Below, in pieces: positions 40,333-49,382 of a stretch of DNA of 64,000 nt; positions within the stretch are counted from its first letter, which is position 1, and every line of letters begins with the position of its first letter. Origin of the DNA: an uncultured Gammaproteobacteria bacterium. GTDB taxonomy: Bacteria > Patescibacteriota > Microgenomatia > Levybacterales > GWA1-39-11. The stretch lies in assembly GCA_964425075.1 (NCBI GenBank), contig CAYRKM010000001.1, forward strand, positions 106,137 through 170,136, read 5' to 3'. The translations under genes were made by a program, and so were the position numbers. The notes beneath the pieces were generated by a model. It had not been told where the DNA came from, searched no databases, and saw only the letters and a program-made list of their open reading frames with translations.

Positions 40333-40648
40333 TTTTCATTCAAACTAATCACAGAGCAATAAAAAGCTCTTTAACCCAGTATAGATATATCTGAAAAATA
40401 ATGTCAATACCTCAAATGAAGCTACTAAATTTGTCTAGAAAATTTAACCACCCTACTAATAATTTTAAAATATTCTTGCATTGTCCTTAATTAGTGCTTA
40501 ATGTATCAATCTATAAAACAATATCATATTACCTAACAAAAAAATATCCTCCTTCCTATATATACTCTATTTTTCTCAACAGTTTGTTGACAGGAACTTT
40601 AAAACTTTGTTACAGTAAACTATATCCTAATTTGAATTTTGATTCGAT

Positions 40649-42769
40649 ATGAAGAACAACGGAGCTACTACATACATAAATTCAGTTGCAACGATACTAA
40701 TCGCTACAACCTACCTCCTTTTGCCTGTTTTCTTTTTAAATGTTACAACTGACTTTTTTACATTTCCCAAACAAGCTCTTATTGTTGGTTCTTCTCTGCT
40801 TTTATTTGTGTTATGGGGAATACGTAGTTTGGTTGAACGCAAGGTAACCTTACTCCTCAACCCACTAAATCTTCCTGTATTATTATTTGGAGTTGTTACA
40901 ATTCTATCAACTGCTTTCTCTGTTTCTTTTCAAGATTCAATTATTCTCTCTGTGCCCATTGCTCTTCTTTGTCTATTTTTCTTTCTTACGGTAAATTTTG
41001 TACAAGAAAAATCTACTTTTTCAGTTGTTCTGGTCTCTCTTATAATAGGAAGCGCTATTTCTACCGCAATAAGTATTCTTTCCTACTTCAAGATTTATAT
41101 ATTACCTATTGTTCAAACTCACTCTCCAGAATTTAATACCTTTGGAGCACCCATCCAATATATTGCTTTTCTTACCCCTCTTTTTGTAATTTCCACGGCG
41201 TCCCTTGCTACCATTCTAAAAAGTGGCAAATTAGGCTCAATCACACGCAACTATAATAATCTTCTTGAAAGTGCAACAACCCTTATTTTTGGAGGGGGAC
41301 TTATTCTTGCTGCGATCCAAATAATAAATTTGCCTCAAAAACCTATTCTTTTACCCTTCAACTATGGTTTTCAAATTGCGTTTGCAACTATAAGCCAAGA
41401 ATCGACCCGACTCGTGCAAAACTTATTATTGGGTTCTGGATACGGCACTTTTGCGCATGATTTTACTAGATATATAACACCAAGCTTTAATTCATATCCA
41501 TTCTGGAGTTTGCCATTCTCATTTTCATCATCATATGTACTTGAGATTCTTGCAACAACTGGAGTTTTGGGACTTTTTGCTTTTGCTTTTATATTTGTGA
41601 ATTTCCTTCGCACTCGCCGCTCATTTACCAATCCTATCTTTTTAGGAGTTCTTTCAACCTTTATCCTTTCTCTTATTATTCCTTTCTCCTTTGCCTTGAG
41701 CTTCCTTCTTTTTGGACTTCTTGCTTTATATGTTTCACAGCTTACTATCTTAAGAAGTCGCCACACTGACAATGTATCAATCAACTTTATGGCTACTAAC
41801 CAAGGGCTCTTCTCGGTTGCTGATGAATCAAAAAGAACCAGAGAAAACATTGTCCTTCCGTTAACAGTATTTCTTCTAAGCGTTGCTGTTGCAGTTTTTG
41901 TTCTATTTTTCCTTACTGGTGGAGCTGGGGGCACAAGGAAAGGATATATAGCACTTATCAGCTCTGATATTAAATTTGCAAAGTCATTCGCTCCTACTTC
42001 TCTTCAAAGTGGGGTTGAAACTTACAATCTCCAAACACAAGCTATAGCAGAATATCCATACAGAAGCGACTACTACCGAGTCTTCTCTCAAGTGAATCTT
42101 GCGCTTGCATCAAACATTTTGCAGGCTCAACAACCAAATACTCAACCCACTCAAGAAGTTCAACAAAATATCCTAGGACTTTTACAGCAAAGCATAAATA
42201 GTGCCCGACAGGCTGTAACTCTTTCCCCAATGACCTCAGCAAATTGGCAGAATTTAGGTCAAATTTACAGAAATCTTATAGGTGTTGGGGAGAATGCTGA
42301 ACAGTTCGCTATTGCGTCCTACAATCAGGCAATTACCCTGAACCCCTCAAATCCAGGACTTAGGGTTGAACTTGGAGGTATTTATTACCAACTAAAACAG
42401 TGGGATATGGCACAACAACAATTCTTAATCGCTTCTCAGCTTAAGAATGACTATGCAAATGCTTATTACAATTTAGGTAAATCATTTGAGCAAAAAGGTG
42501 AGCTTACCACTGCCCTTCAGCAATTCCAAATCGTAAAACAATTGGTAGCCAATGACAAAAACAATCTTGATATTATCAGTAAAGAAATAGCTGCACTTGA
42601 ATCTAAAATTGGTGAGCAAGCAAAGGTAACTGAGGAAAATCGAACCCCAACTGATGACAAAAGCCCACTTGAAGTACCTCAACCAGCAGCCGATTTTCCA
42701 GACCAGGATCCAAAAATTACAATTCCCAAACCTCCAGTAGATGAAAGCGCCACCAAATCTGCACAGTAA
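40649..42769 (+). CDS. O-antigen ligase/oligosaccharyltransferase-like membrane protein with C-terminal TPRs
   Basis: About 12 TM segments, LLGSGYGTF, LATTGVLG; TPR motifs such as NAYYNLG. Confidence 0.8.
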   Translation: MKNNGATTYINSVATILIATTYLLLPVFFLNVTTDFFTFPKQALIVGSSLLLFVLWGIRSLVERKVTLLLNPLNLPVLLFGVVTILSTAFSVSFQDSIILSVPIALLCLFFFLTVNFVQEKSTFSVVLVSLIIGSAISTAISILSYFKIYILPIVQTHSPEFNTFGAPIQYIAFLTPLFVISTASLATILKSGKLGSITRNYNNLLESATTLIFGGGLILAAIQIINLPQKPILLPFNYGFQIAFATISQESTRLVQNLLLGSGYGTFAHDFTRYITPSFNSYPFWSLPFSFSSSYVLEILATTGVLGLFAFAFIFVNFLRTRRSFTNPIFLGVLSTFILSLIIPFSFALSFLLFGLLALYVSQLTILRSRHTDNVSINFMATNQGLFSVADESKRTRENIVLPLTVFLLSVAVAVFVLFFLTGGAGGTRKGYIALISSDIKFAKSFAPTSLQSGVETYNLQTQAIAEYPYRSDYYRVFSQVNLALASNILQAQQPNTQPTQEVQQNILGLLQQSINSARQAVTLSPMTSANWQNLGQIYRNLIGVGENAEQFAIASYNQAITLNPSNPGLRVELGGIYYQLKQWDMAQQQFLIASQLKNDYANAYYNLGKSFEQKGELTTALQQFQIVKQLVANDKNNLDIISKEIAALESKIGEQAKVTEENRTPTDDKSPLEVPQPAADFPDQDPKITIPKPPVDESATKSAQ

Positions 42770-42878
42770 AGAGAAGAATTAAAAAGAAAGTATTAAATTG
42801 GAATTTTGCATTAGAAAAGCTCCCTCTTCCTCATTTTGGAAATCAAGCATGAAGTTTCTTTTCTTTTTAAGCTTTTAT

Positions 42879-43106
42879 TTTGCAATTGAAACAAAGAGCG
42901 TAAAGATTTTGTGACCGAAGCACAGCCGGGGGAATCCTCGTCCCGATGCATATCGGGATCGAGGAGGGGGTGATATCCCACACTGTGCGAGGGAACAAAA
43001 TTAGCTCGACTTTCATTGCAAATTCTTTTTGGTACTTTTGTTAAGACAAAAGTACAAGAGTAAACATTGACCAGAGCTTTTGGTACTTTTGGCGGTTCAA
43101 AAGTAC
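42879..43106 (+). repeat. Dispersed long-hairpin element, copy C
   Basis: TTTGCAATTGAAA...TTTCATTGCAAA long stem, then two GTACTTTTG..CAAAAGTAC hairpins. Confidence 0.6.
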
Positions 43107-43190
43107 AAGAGAAAACAGCGACAAAAAAACAAGCCACAAGTAAGTATAAAATTGCAAAATAAATCGCCCTTTGCTAAACTGTAACCTCTT

Positions 43191-44339
43191 ATGCGGCATC
43201 ACAAAGCTTCTTTTGTAGTGGCAAAAAAATACATTTCAGCAATTAACCAAGCACATATTTTCCTCAAAAAAGAATTCGCAAGTTTTTTAATTTTTCTATC
43301 AACATATCTTAAAGATAAGATTATGTTCTTCTCCACTAAATTCGAAAAAAATAAAAATGTTGTGGTTAAGTCTGTTCTTATAAAAAGAGGTAAAAGGAAT
43401 CGCTTCTTTCTTCATGTTAGCGCTATGGCTGTACTTAGCATAGGAGTCCTCATATCTCCCTTCATTACTGAATCAAACCCCTTTACACACCAAGAAAACC
43501 TTCTGACCTTTGCTCAAGAGTTATCTGAAGAAAATCAAAGCCTTGCACCAAATGACGTATTTGAGACCCAATTATCCGATAAGCCTAGAGCAGAAATTAT
43601 TGAATATACTGTACAAAAGGGAGATACAGTGTCTGGAATTGCAAAGAGATTTGGAATATCAGATGACACAATCCGTTGGGAAAATGGCCTTAGAGGCGAC
43701 AATATAACTGTTGGGGATACTCTAAAAATCCTACCGGTTACGGGTATTGCTCACAAAGTAAGTTCTGGAGACACAATTTATACAATTGCTAAAAAATATG
43801 ACTCAAATGCTCAGGCTATCGTTGATTTTCCCTTTAACGACTTTGCAGACCCTCAAACCTTCTCACTTGTTACCGGTCAAACAGTTATTGTGCCAGATGG
43901 GGTTAAACCTGAAGTTCAGCCAACATATATAAGACGCCAACCCTTTATTGCAACAGGGCCGACAGTTGTTTCGGGTGCTGGGTTTACTTGGCCAGTTAGA
44001 GGTAGCCTCAATCAGTACTTCTCTTGGTATCATAGAGCAATTGACATAGGTGCACCAGTTGGTACCCCAATCGTTTCAGCTCAAAGCGGCGTTGTTTCTC
44101 AGGTGTATGTAGGTGGATGGAATGGTGGATATGGAACCCACGTTATTATTTCTGGCGACAATGGCTATTCTACTCTTTATGCTCACATGTCAGGCGTTAA
44201 TGTTTCCCCTGGTCAAAAAGTAAGCGCAGGCTCAAGCCTTGTGGGTTGGGTGGGGCTAACAGGAAGAACTACAGGTGCACATCTTCACTTTGAAATTCGA
44301 GGCTCAGGCGGACTATATAATCCACTTAGTTTCTTATAG
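43191..44339 (+). CDS. LysM-domain M23 family peptidoglycan endopeptidase
   Basis: Two LysM domains (YTVQKGDTVSGIA, HKVSSGDTIYTIA), HRAID, YAH and HLHFE. Confidence 0.95.
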   Translation: MRHHKASFVVAKKYISAINQAHIFLKKEFASFLIFLSTYLKDKIMFFSTKFEKNKNVVVKSVLIKRGKRNRFFLHVSAMAVLSIGVLISPFITESNPFTHQENLLTFAQELSEENQSLAPNDVFETQLSDKPRAEIIEYTVQKGDTVSGIAKRFGISDDTIRWENGLRGDNITVGDTLKILPVTGIAHKVSSGDTIYTIAKKYDSNAQAIVDFPFNDFADPQTFSLVTGQTVIVPDGVKPEVQPTYIRRQPFIATGPTVVSGAGFTWPVRGSLNQYFSWYHRAIDIGAPVGTPIVSAQSGVVSQVYVGGWNGGYGTHVIISGDNGYSTLYAHMSGVNVSPGQKVSAGSSLVGWVGLTGRTTGAHLHFEIRGSGGLYNPLSFL

Positions 44340-44395
44340 GAAAATCTATCATTTGAGGCTAATTTCTATTTTCTGCTTTCTAACTCTCTAAAACC

Positions 44396-45616
44396 CTATT
44401 CCTTCCCCAATCCATTGAGGAATTCTTCGTTAGTCTCAGTCTGTGAGATACGTTCAATTAGAATTTGGGTACGCTCATCTGGACCCAAAACGTCCATCAT
44501 GCGTCTCATGGTGGCAATCTTCCTATATGTAGTCTCTCCCAACAATAATTCCTCTTTTCGAGTACCAGAACGCTCAATATTTATTGAAGGGAATATTCTT
44601 CTCTCAGCAAGTCTTCTATCAAGATGAAGCTCCATGTTTCCTGTTCCCTTGAATTCCTCATAAATAAGATCGTCCATTCTTGAACCTGTATCAACCAAAG
44701 CTGTTCCGATTACTGTCAAAGATCCACCCTCTTCACAATTTCTTGCAGCTCCAAAAAAACGTTTTGCAGGATAAAGAGCTGCAGGATCAAAACCTCCAGA
44801 CAATGTCCTTCCCGAAGGATCAATAGCCAAATTGTAAGCGCGGGCAAGACGAGTAATTGAGTCTAGAAGAATAACAACATCCTCCCCATTTTCAACCAAT
44901 CTCTTAGCTCTATCTAGAGCAATTTCGGCTGCATTTGTTTGAGCTTCAGGTGGTTCATCAAAGTTTGAAGCCACTACTTCACCCTTAACAGAACGCGAAA
45001 TATCAGTTACCTCCTCAGGCCTCTCTCCTATAAGAACAGCCATCAAATGAACTTTAGGGAAATTAGCTGCAATTCCAGCTGCCAAATCTTTAAGAATAGT
45101 CGTTTTTCCTGCTTTTGGAGGGGATACAATCATTCCTCTTTGTCCAAATCCAATTGGTGAGGCGATATCAATGATTCTAGTTGAAAGGGGTGTTTTCTTG
45201 GTTGAAAGAACTAATTGCTTATCTGGGTAAATTGAAGTGAGATCTTCAAAATAAACTCTTTTAGTTGCCTCTTCTGCTTTTTTACCATTTACTTTCTCTA
45301 TCTTTAAAAGTCCATAGTAACGCTCATTATCTTTCGGAGGGCGACCCTGTCCCTCAACAAAATCACCATTTCTAAGCCAAAATCTACGGATTTGGGATGA
45401 AGAAATGTAAATATCTTTCTCAGAAGGTCTAAATTTTGGTCTTAAAAATCCATGGCCTTCGGGTTTTATGTCCAAAATTCCTGCAACTTCCTCGGTTGCT
45501 TGATCATCACGTTGCATACGACCTTGCTCGTATGAATTAGATTCGGCCACATGAGTACTCTCCTCCTGCTCGGAAGCTAAATCCATATCTGTCTGAGATT
45601 TACGAATTGGGCTCAT
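44396..45616 (-). CDS. rho: Transcription termination factor Rho
   Basis: GFLR, DIYISSSQIRRF, PPKAGKT, DSITRLARAYN and EEFKGTGNME. Confidence 0.98.
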   Translation of the reverse strand: MSPIRKSQTDMDLASEQEESTHVAESNSYEQGRMQRDDQATEEVAGILDIKPEGHGFLRPKFRPSEKDIYISSSQIRRFWLRNGDFVEGQGRPPKDNERYYGLLKIEKVNGKKAEEATKRVYFEDLTSIYPDKQLVLSTKKTPLSTRIIDIASPIGFGQRGMIVSPPKAGKTTILKDLAAGIAANFPKVHLMAVLIGERPEEVTDISRSVKGEVVASNFDEPPEAQTNAAEIALDRAKRLVENGEDVVILLDSITRLARAYNLAIDPSGRTLSGGFDPAALYPAKRFFGAARNCEEGGSLTVIGTALVDTGSRMDDLIYEEFKGTGNMELHLDRRLAERRIFPSINIERSGTRKEELLLGETTYRKIATMRRMMDVLGPDERTQILIERISQTETNEEFLNGLGKE

Positions 45617-45867
45617 ATTTTCCTCTTATTGAGGCGACTTTTAGTGTATTCTGGAAAATGAGAACGAAGCTTTGAAGTTGTCACTTTTTTGCGTTCGTTT
45701 TCCTAATTAAACCACTCACCAATACAAAAGTCAAGGACTCTTTACGCATAAAACTTTCAATATACAACCAAACACATCTTATAAGAAACTGCATCTAATC
45801 ATTACTATGAGTTTTATATATTTGATAATCACACCTTCCTAATCGTTACCAATGCGTCCTATAGCAC

Positions 45868-45896
45868 TTGACATCGAATGATTGCATTGATATAAT
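45868..45896 (+). promoter_or_regulatory. Perfect consensus sigma70 promoter
   Basis: TTGACA-17 nt-TATAAT, 12 nt upstream of ATG 45909. Confidence 0.85.
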
Positions 45897-45908
45897 GCTC
45901 ATCAATAT

Positions 45909-46607
45909 ATGAAAAAGTCAGTAATTGCACTTTGTGCATCACTTCTTTTCGCAACAAGTACAGCAATGGCAAGCGCCGCTGGTACCGGATATGGACAAAG
46001 TAATTGTCAAATGATCTACGGTGGGGGAGAAGTTTGTAGCGATAAAATAGAATTTACTATTGATAAGAAAGTACTTACTCCAAACAATAGCGGTTTCGTC
46101 GACAATCTTGGTTCAAACGACGCAAAATTTCAACCTGGACAGCAAGTTACATTTAAAATCATTGTTAAAAATACCGGAAACAAGAAAATTGAAAGGCTTG
46201 ATGTAAGAGATACTCTTCCATCATATATAACATTTGTTTCAGGCGTTGGTACATATGATAAAAACGCAAATGTTATAAGTTACACTATTTCAAACCTTGA
46301 AAAAGGAGCAACCAATGAGCAGTCTTTTATTGGAGCAATTGCTTCAGCTGATAAGCTTCCACAAAATCAAAACGTTGTATGTCTTACAAACCATGCACAG
46401 GCAACCGACAATAATGGCATAGTTGCGAAGGACGATGCAGGTCTTTGTGTGGAAAAAGGAATTATCGTAAAAAAACCAACTCCACAAGTATTTGAAAGTG
46501 TTCCTGTGAAGAAAATTCCTGAAACAGGACCTGAAGCACTCTCTCTTATCGCATTAATTCCTGCAGGACTTGCAGGATTTGCACTACGAAAGAAAAAATT
46601 TAATTAA
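45909..46607 (+). CDS. Secreted DUF11-like Ig protein with LPxTG-like sorting signal
   Basis: Signal peptide; PGQQVTFKIIVKNTG..DTLP; IPETG plus hydrophobic helix plus RKKK. Confidence 0.8.
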   Translation: MKKSVIALCASLLFATSTAMASAAGTGYGQSNCQMIYGGGEVCSDKIEFTIDKKVLTPNNSGFVDNLGSNDAKFQPGQQVTFKIIVKNTGNKKIERLDVRDTLPSYITFVSGVGTYDKNANVISYTISNLEKGATNEQSFIGAIASADKLPQNQNVVCLTNHAQATDNNGIVAKDDAGLCVEKGIIVKKPTPQVFESVPVKKIPETGPEALSLIALIPAGLAGFALRKKKFN

Positions 46608-46776
46608 CTTATATACAATTGAGGTTAGAGAAGGCAGCTTTTCTCACACACTCTTCTATTCTTCCCAAGTTTTAGACCTCACCCCAAAAAAGCTCCCTTC
46701 CCTAACTTTAAGTTAGGGGTTTTTGTTTGGAAACATCGCCGTTTTGCATGGCAAATATCCAACTCACAAAAACCTT

Positions 46777-47181
46777 GTTCTTTGACAAGGTAACAGGAAA
46801 AAGGCATTTTTGGTGCCGGGCACAGCGTACCATATTGAACCAAAAGGTTCATATGTCCGATTTCACAATCGGTCATAACAAGCTGCTACGAAGGGGTAAA
46901 ACCTGACGTATAAATATGGTGCGCGCTGTCCGGCGCCAAATGAGCGTGGAAAAACGGGTTTAGAGAAAGGAGGCCAATAATGGCCTATTGCTTGAACTTC
47001 TGCATACTCCTGCTCGACTCCCTTTGGGGAGCGAACAGGATCCGTGCAGGCCCGTTTATTTGAAACGGAAACATCAACCCAGTAGCATAGTAATGACTAA
47101 GCCTTCGCGCAAGCGGAGAGGCAGGTAACTCTGCTAAACCATGCATGCCGGCAAAGTCCGGTTAGCAAAAGGGAGATCACC
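46777..47181 (+). ncRNA. Candidate large structured RNA or leader
   Basis: A ~28-bp helix (46809-46836 with 46913-46940) encloses several hairpins, with more hairpins downstream; no convincing long ORF. Confidence 0.45.
46980..47063 (+). CDS. Putative 27-aa small peptide
   Basis: AAAGGAGG SD upstream; MAYCLNFCILLLDSLWGANRIRAGPFI. Confidence 0.35.
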   Translation: MAYCLNFCILLLDSLWGANRIRAGPFI

Positions 47182-47913
47182 GTGAGGTGGTATTCGTACA
47201 TTGGCCTGGGAGCCGCCGTGATCTTCATGGCTGGATTCTTCAGTGCCTGCTCGGACGACAGTGGAGCCACTGCTGACGAGATCGCTGCTGCGATCATCGC
47301 CGCCCAAGCGACTGCAACCCCAGCAGCAACGGCGGCAGCAACGGCAACGGCTAGCGCACTCACGCCCGACCAAATTCGCCAGATCGTTCTGGACGAAATG
47401 GCCAAGGCGGGGCTGCCAGAGCCGACCAGCGCACAGCTGCAAGAGATCCTCAAGAGCCTCACTGAGGCCCTGAAGGGCTCGACCCAGACTGCAGATCAGT
47501 TCCGCGGTGCCGTCAAGGTCTGGCTGACTTCTAACCAGAAGGTCCAGGCTGGCGTCGTGCCCGCCTATAACCCAGCAGCGTTCCCCAAGAGCGCCGCTGA
47601 GGCAGCAGCCATCTTCGGAGGCGACGCTTCCCGTTGGGAGCCGACGGCTGACTGCTGTGGTTGGCATCTGCGCGAGGAGGCGTTCACCACTCTCATCCAG
47701 CCGAAAGGTTTCCTGGGTGAGGGCTACAACGACACCAAGCCTGGGAAGAATCCGGACTGCTACACGTTCGTTGCGCCAACTTCGGTCCAGGGCGCCACGA
47801 TCTGGCAAGAGGCCGGCACCTACCCGAACGCCGTCGCGCTTCAGAAGAAGATGGCCATCCCCGTCTGGGATGATGGCAAGCAGCACGCTTGCCAGGTACT
47901 CGCAACGCCATAA
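47182..47913 (+). CDS. Putative lipoprotein (GC-rich islet 4)
   Basis: GGGAG SD, lipobox FSA-C, Ala/Thr linker; strongly GC-biased codons. Confidence 0.75.
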   Translation: MRWYSYIGLGAAVIFMAGFFSACSDDSGATADEIAAAIIAAQATATPAATAAATATASALTPDQIRQIVLDEMAKAGLPEPTSAQLQEILKSLTEALKGSTQTADQFRGAVKVWLTSNQKVQAGVVPAYNPAAFPKSAAEAAAIFGGDASRWEPTADCCGWHLREEAFTTLIQPKGFLGEGYNDTKPGKNPDCYTFVAPTSVQGATIWQEAGTYPNAVALQKKMAIPVWDDGKQHACQVLATP

Positions 47914-47932
47914 GCGCTTAGCTTCTCGCATG

Positions 47933-47962
47933 GGAGGGGGGTCCGATACGTCGGCCCCCCTC
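47933..47962 (+). terminator. GC-rich hairpin after the lipoprotein gene
   Basis: GAGGGGGG-TCCGA..TCGG-CCCCCCTC inverted repeat. Confidence 0.55.
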
Positions 47963-47998
47963 AAATACTTTCACTGGGACATTCCTGTTACCTTGTCC

Positions 47999-48047
47999 CC
48001 TTTGCCCGATGTGTATCGGGCCTGATGAGTCCAAAAGGACGAAAAGG
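47999..48047 (+). ncRNA. Type III hammerhead ribozyme
   Basis: CCUU-U | GCCCGAU-GUGU-AUCGGGC (stem I), CUGAUGA, GUCC-AAAA-GGAC (stem II), GAAA-AGG (stem III). Confidence 0.8.
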
Positions 48048-48050
48048 AAA

Positions 48051-49382
48051 ATGAAGAATTTATTCAAAAAATACAATACACTTGACACTTTGATAGTTAT
48101 CTCTAGCTACCCAAAAAAACAGGAGATATATAGCAAGGGTGTATGCGCTGTGGCCTCATTTACCAAAAACACCATTAGGCCACTTATTAAGAAAGGTCAA
48201 TATAAAAAAATTGTTGTTCTGACAATGATTGTTGATAAAGAAGAAGTCTACGAAGAGGATGGTATTTTAGTAGTAAGATGTTTTAAACGCAATAACCCTC
48301 TGTCTTATTTTTCCCTTTTAAAAAAACTTTTACATTTCTCTCTTGCAAAAAGAGTGCTTATAGAATTTGAGTTTGCCTCTTTTGGAGATACAAAAGCTAC
48401 TCTTGCCATTCTTCCTCTAATTTGGTCGCTTTTTTTCTTGGGAAAAAATGTAACTCTTGTTATTCACCAAGTCGTTATCGACCTTCAAAAATTAAGTGGG
48501 CATATCGGAATAAATTCAAAGGAACTTATCTCACTACTCTTCAATCCAGGACTAAAACTTTATTACAAACTATTATCTTTTCCTGTCTCGTCAATTATAG
48601 TTCTCGAAGATAGCCTTAAAGAATCGCTTTCAACCATCGTAAATAAAGACAAAATAACTGTTATTCCTCATGGTGTACCAATTGTTAATAAAATATTTTC
48701 AAAAAATAAAGCCAAACAGAAATTGGGTGCAAAAAATGAAGTTGTGATTTTGTATTTTGGCTACCTTACATGGTATAAAGGCGTTGATTTCCTTATAAAG
48801 TCGCTTCTTAACCAAAAAACTTTTAAAGGTAAAAAAATTCGCTTGATAATTGCAGGTGGACCAAGTTTTACTCAGGAAGAGAAGTCTCACTACAAGAAAT
48901 TTCTTGCAAAAATCTATAACCTTATAAATAAAGCCCCCGATAGAATAACTATTACTGGATTTGTGAAGGAAGAAGACATACCAGTCTATTTTGCCGCTGC
49001 TGACCTTGTCGTATTTCCATATCGTACTTTTATTTCCTCTTCTGGTCCTCTCTCATTTGCTCTTGCTTACAACAAACCTTTTCTTATTTCCTCTAGATTA
49101 GAAACCATTTTGGACAGCATTGACGCAAAAAAATCGCTGCAAAGAGCGGGAATTACTAAAAATGATGTTGTGTTTAACTTTAACTCAAAAGATTTATTGA
49201 CAAAAATATCAAACTCTCTATCAAAAGAACAATTAAAGAAACTTGAAAGATTCAGCTTATATTTATCAAAAGAAAGGTCATTTGGCAATTTGTCTGCATC
49301 TTATCAAGAAGTACTCTCAAGAAATGTTACGAGAAAAATTCCTTTAATTCCATATCCTACATATCAGTTCCACCATGAATAA
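48051..49382 (+). CDS. Glycosyltransferase family 4 (GT-B)
   Basis: VIPHG, YFGYLTWYKG, AADLVVFPY and SSGPLSFALA. Confidence 0.9.
   Translation: MKNLFKKYNTLDTLIVISSYPKKQEIYSKGVCAVASFTKNTIRPLIKKGQYKKIVVLTMIVDKEEVYEEDGILVVRCFKRNNPLSYFSLLKKLLHFSLAKRVLIEFEFASFGDTKATLAILPLIWSLFFLGKNVTLVIHQVVIDLQKLSGHIGINSKELISLLFNPGLKLYYKLLSFPVSSIIVLEDSLKESLSTIVNKDKITVIPHGVPIVNKIFSKNKAKQKLGAKNEVVILYFGYLTWYKGVDFLIKSLLNQKTFKGKKIRLIIAGGPSFTQEEKSHYKKFLAKIYNLINKAPDRITITGFVKEEDIPVYFAAADLVVFPYRTFISSSGPLSFALAYNKPFLISSRLETILDSIDAKKSLQRAGITKNDVVFNFNSKDLLTKISNSLSKEQLKKLERFSLYLSKERSFGNLSASYQEVLSRNVTRKIPLIPYPTYQFHHE

Noticed and set aside
42811-43137. 108-aa ORF, and similar ORFs 6698..6937 and 54506..54757
   Set aside because: They run through hairpin repeat elements or lie antisense to real genes and have no protein-like features.
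47120-47176. Twister ribozyme or c-di-GMP riboswitch
   Set aside because: Superficial UAACUCUGC..CCGG..CCGG similarity, but the conserved core nucleotides and pseudoknots could not be placed.
47097-48025. Alternative overlapping ORFs (47134..47964 minus and others)
   Set aside because: Shadow ORFs of high-GC DNA; the + strand ORF has an SD, lipobox and terminator.
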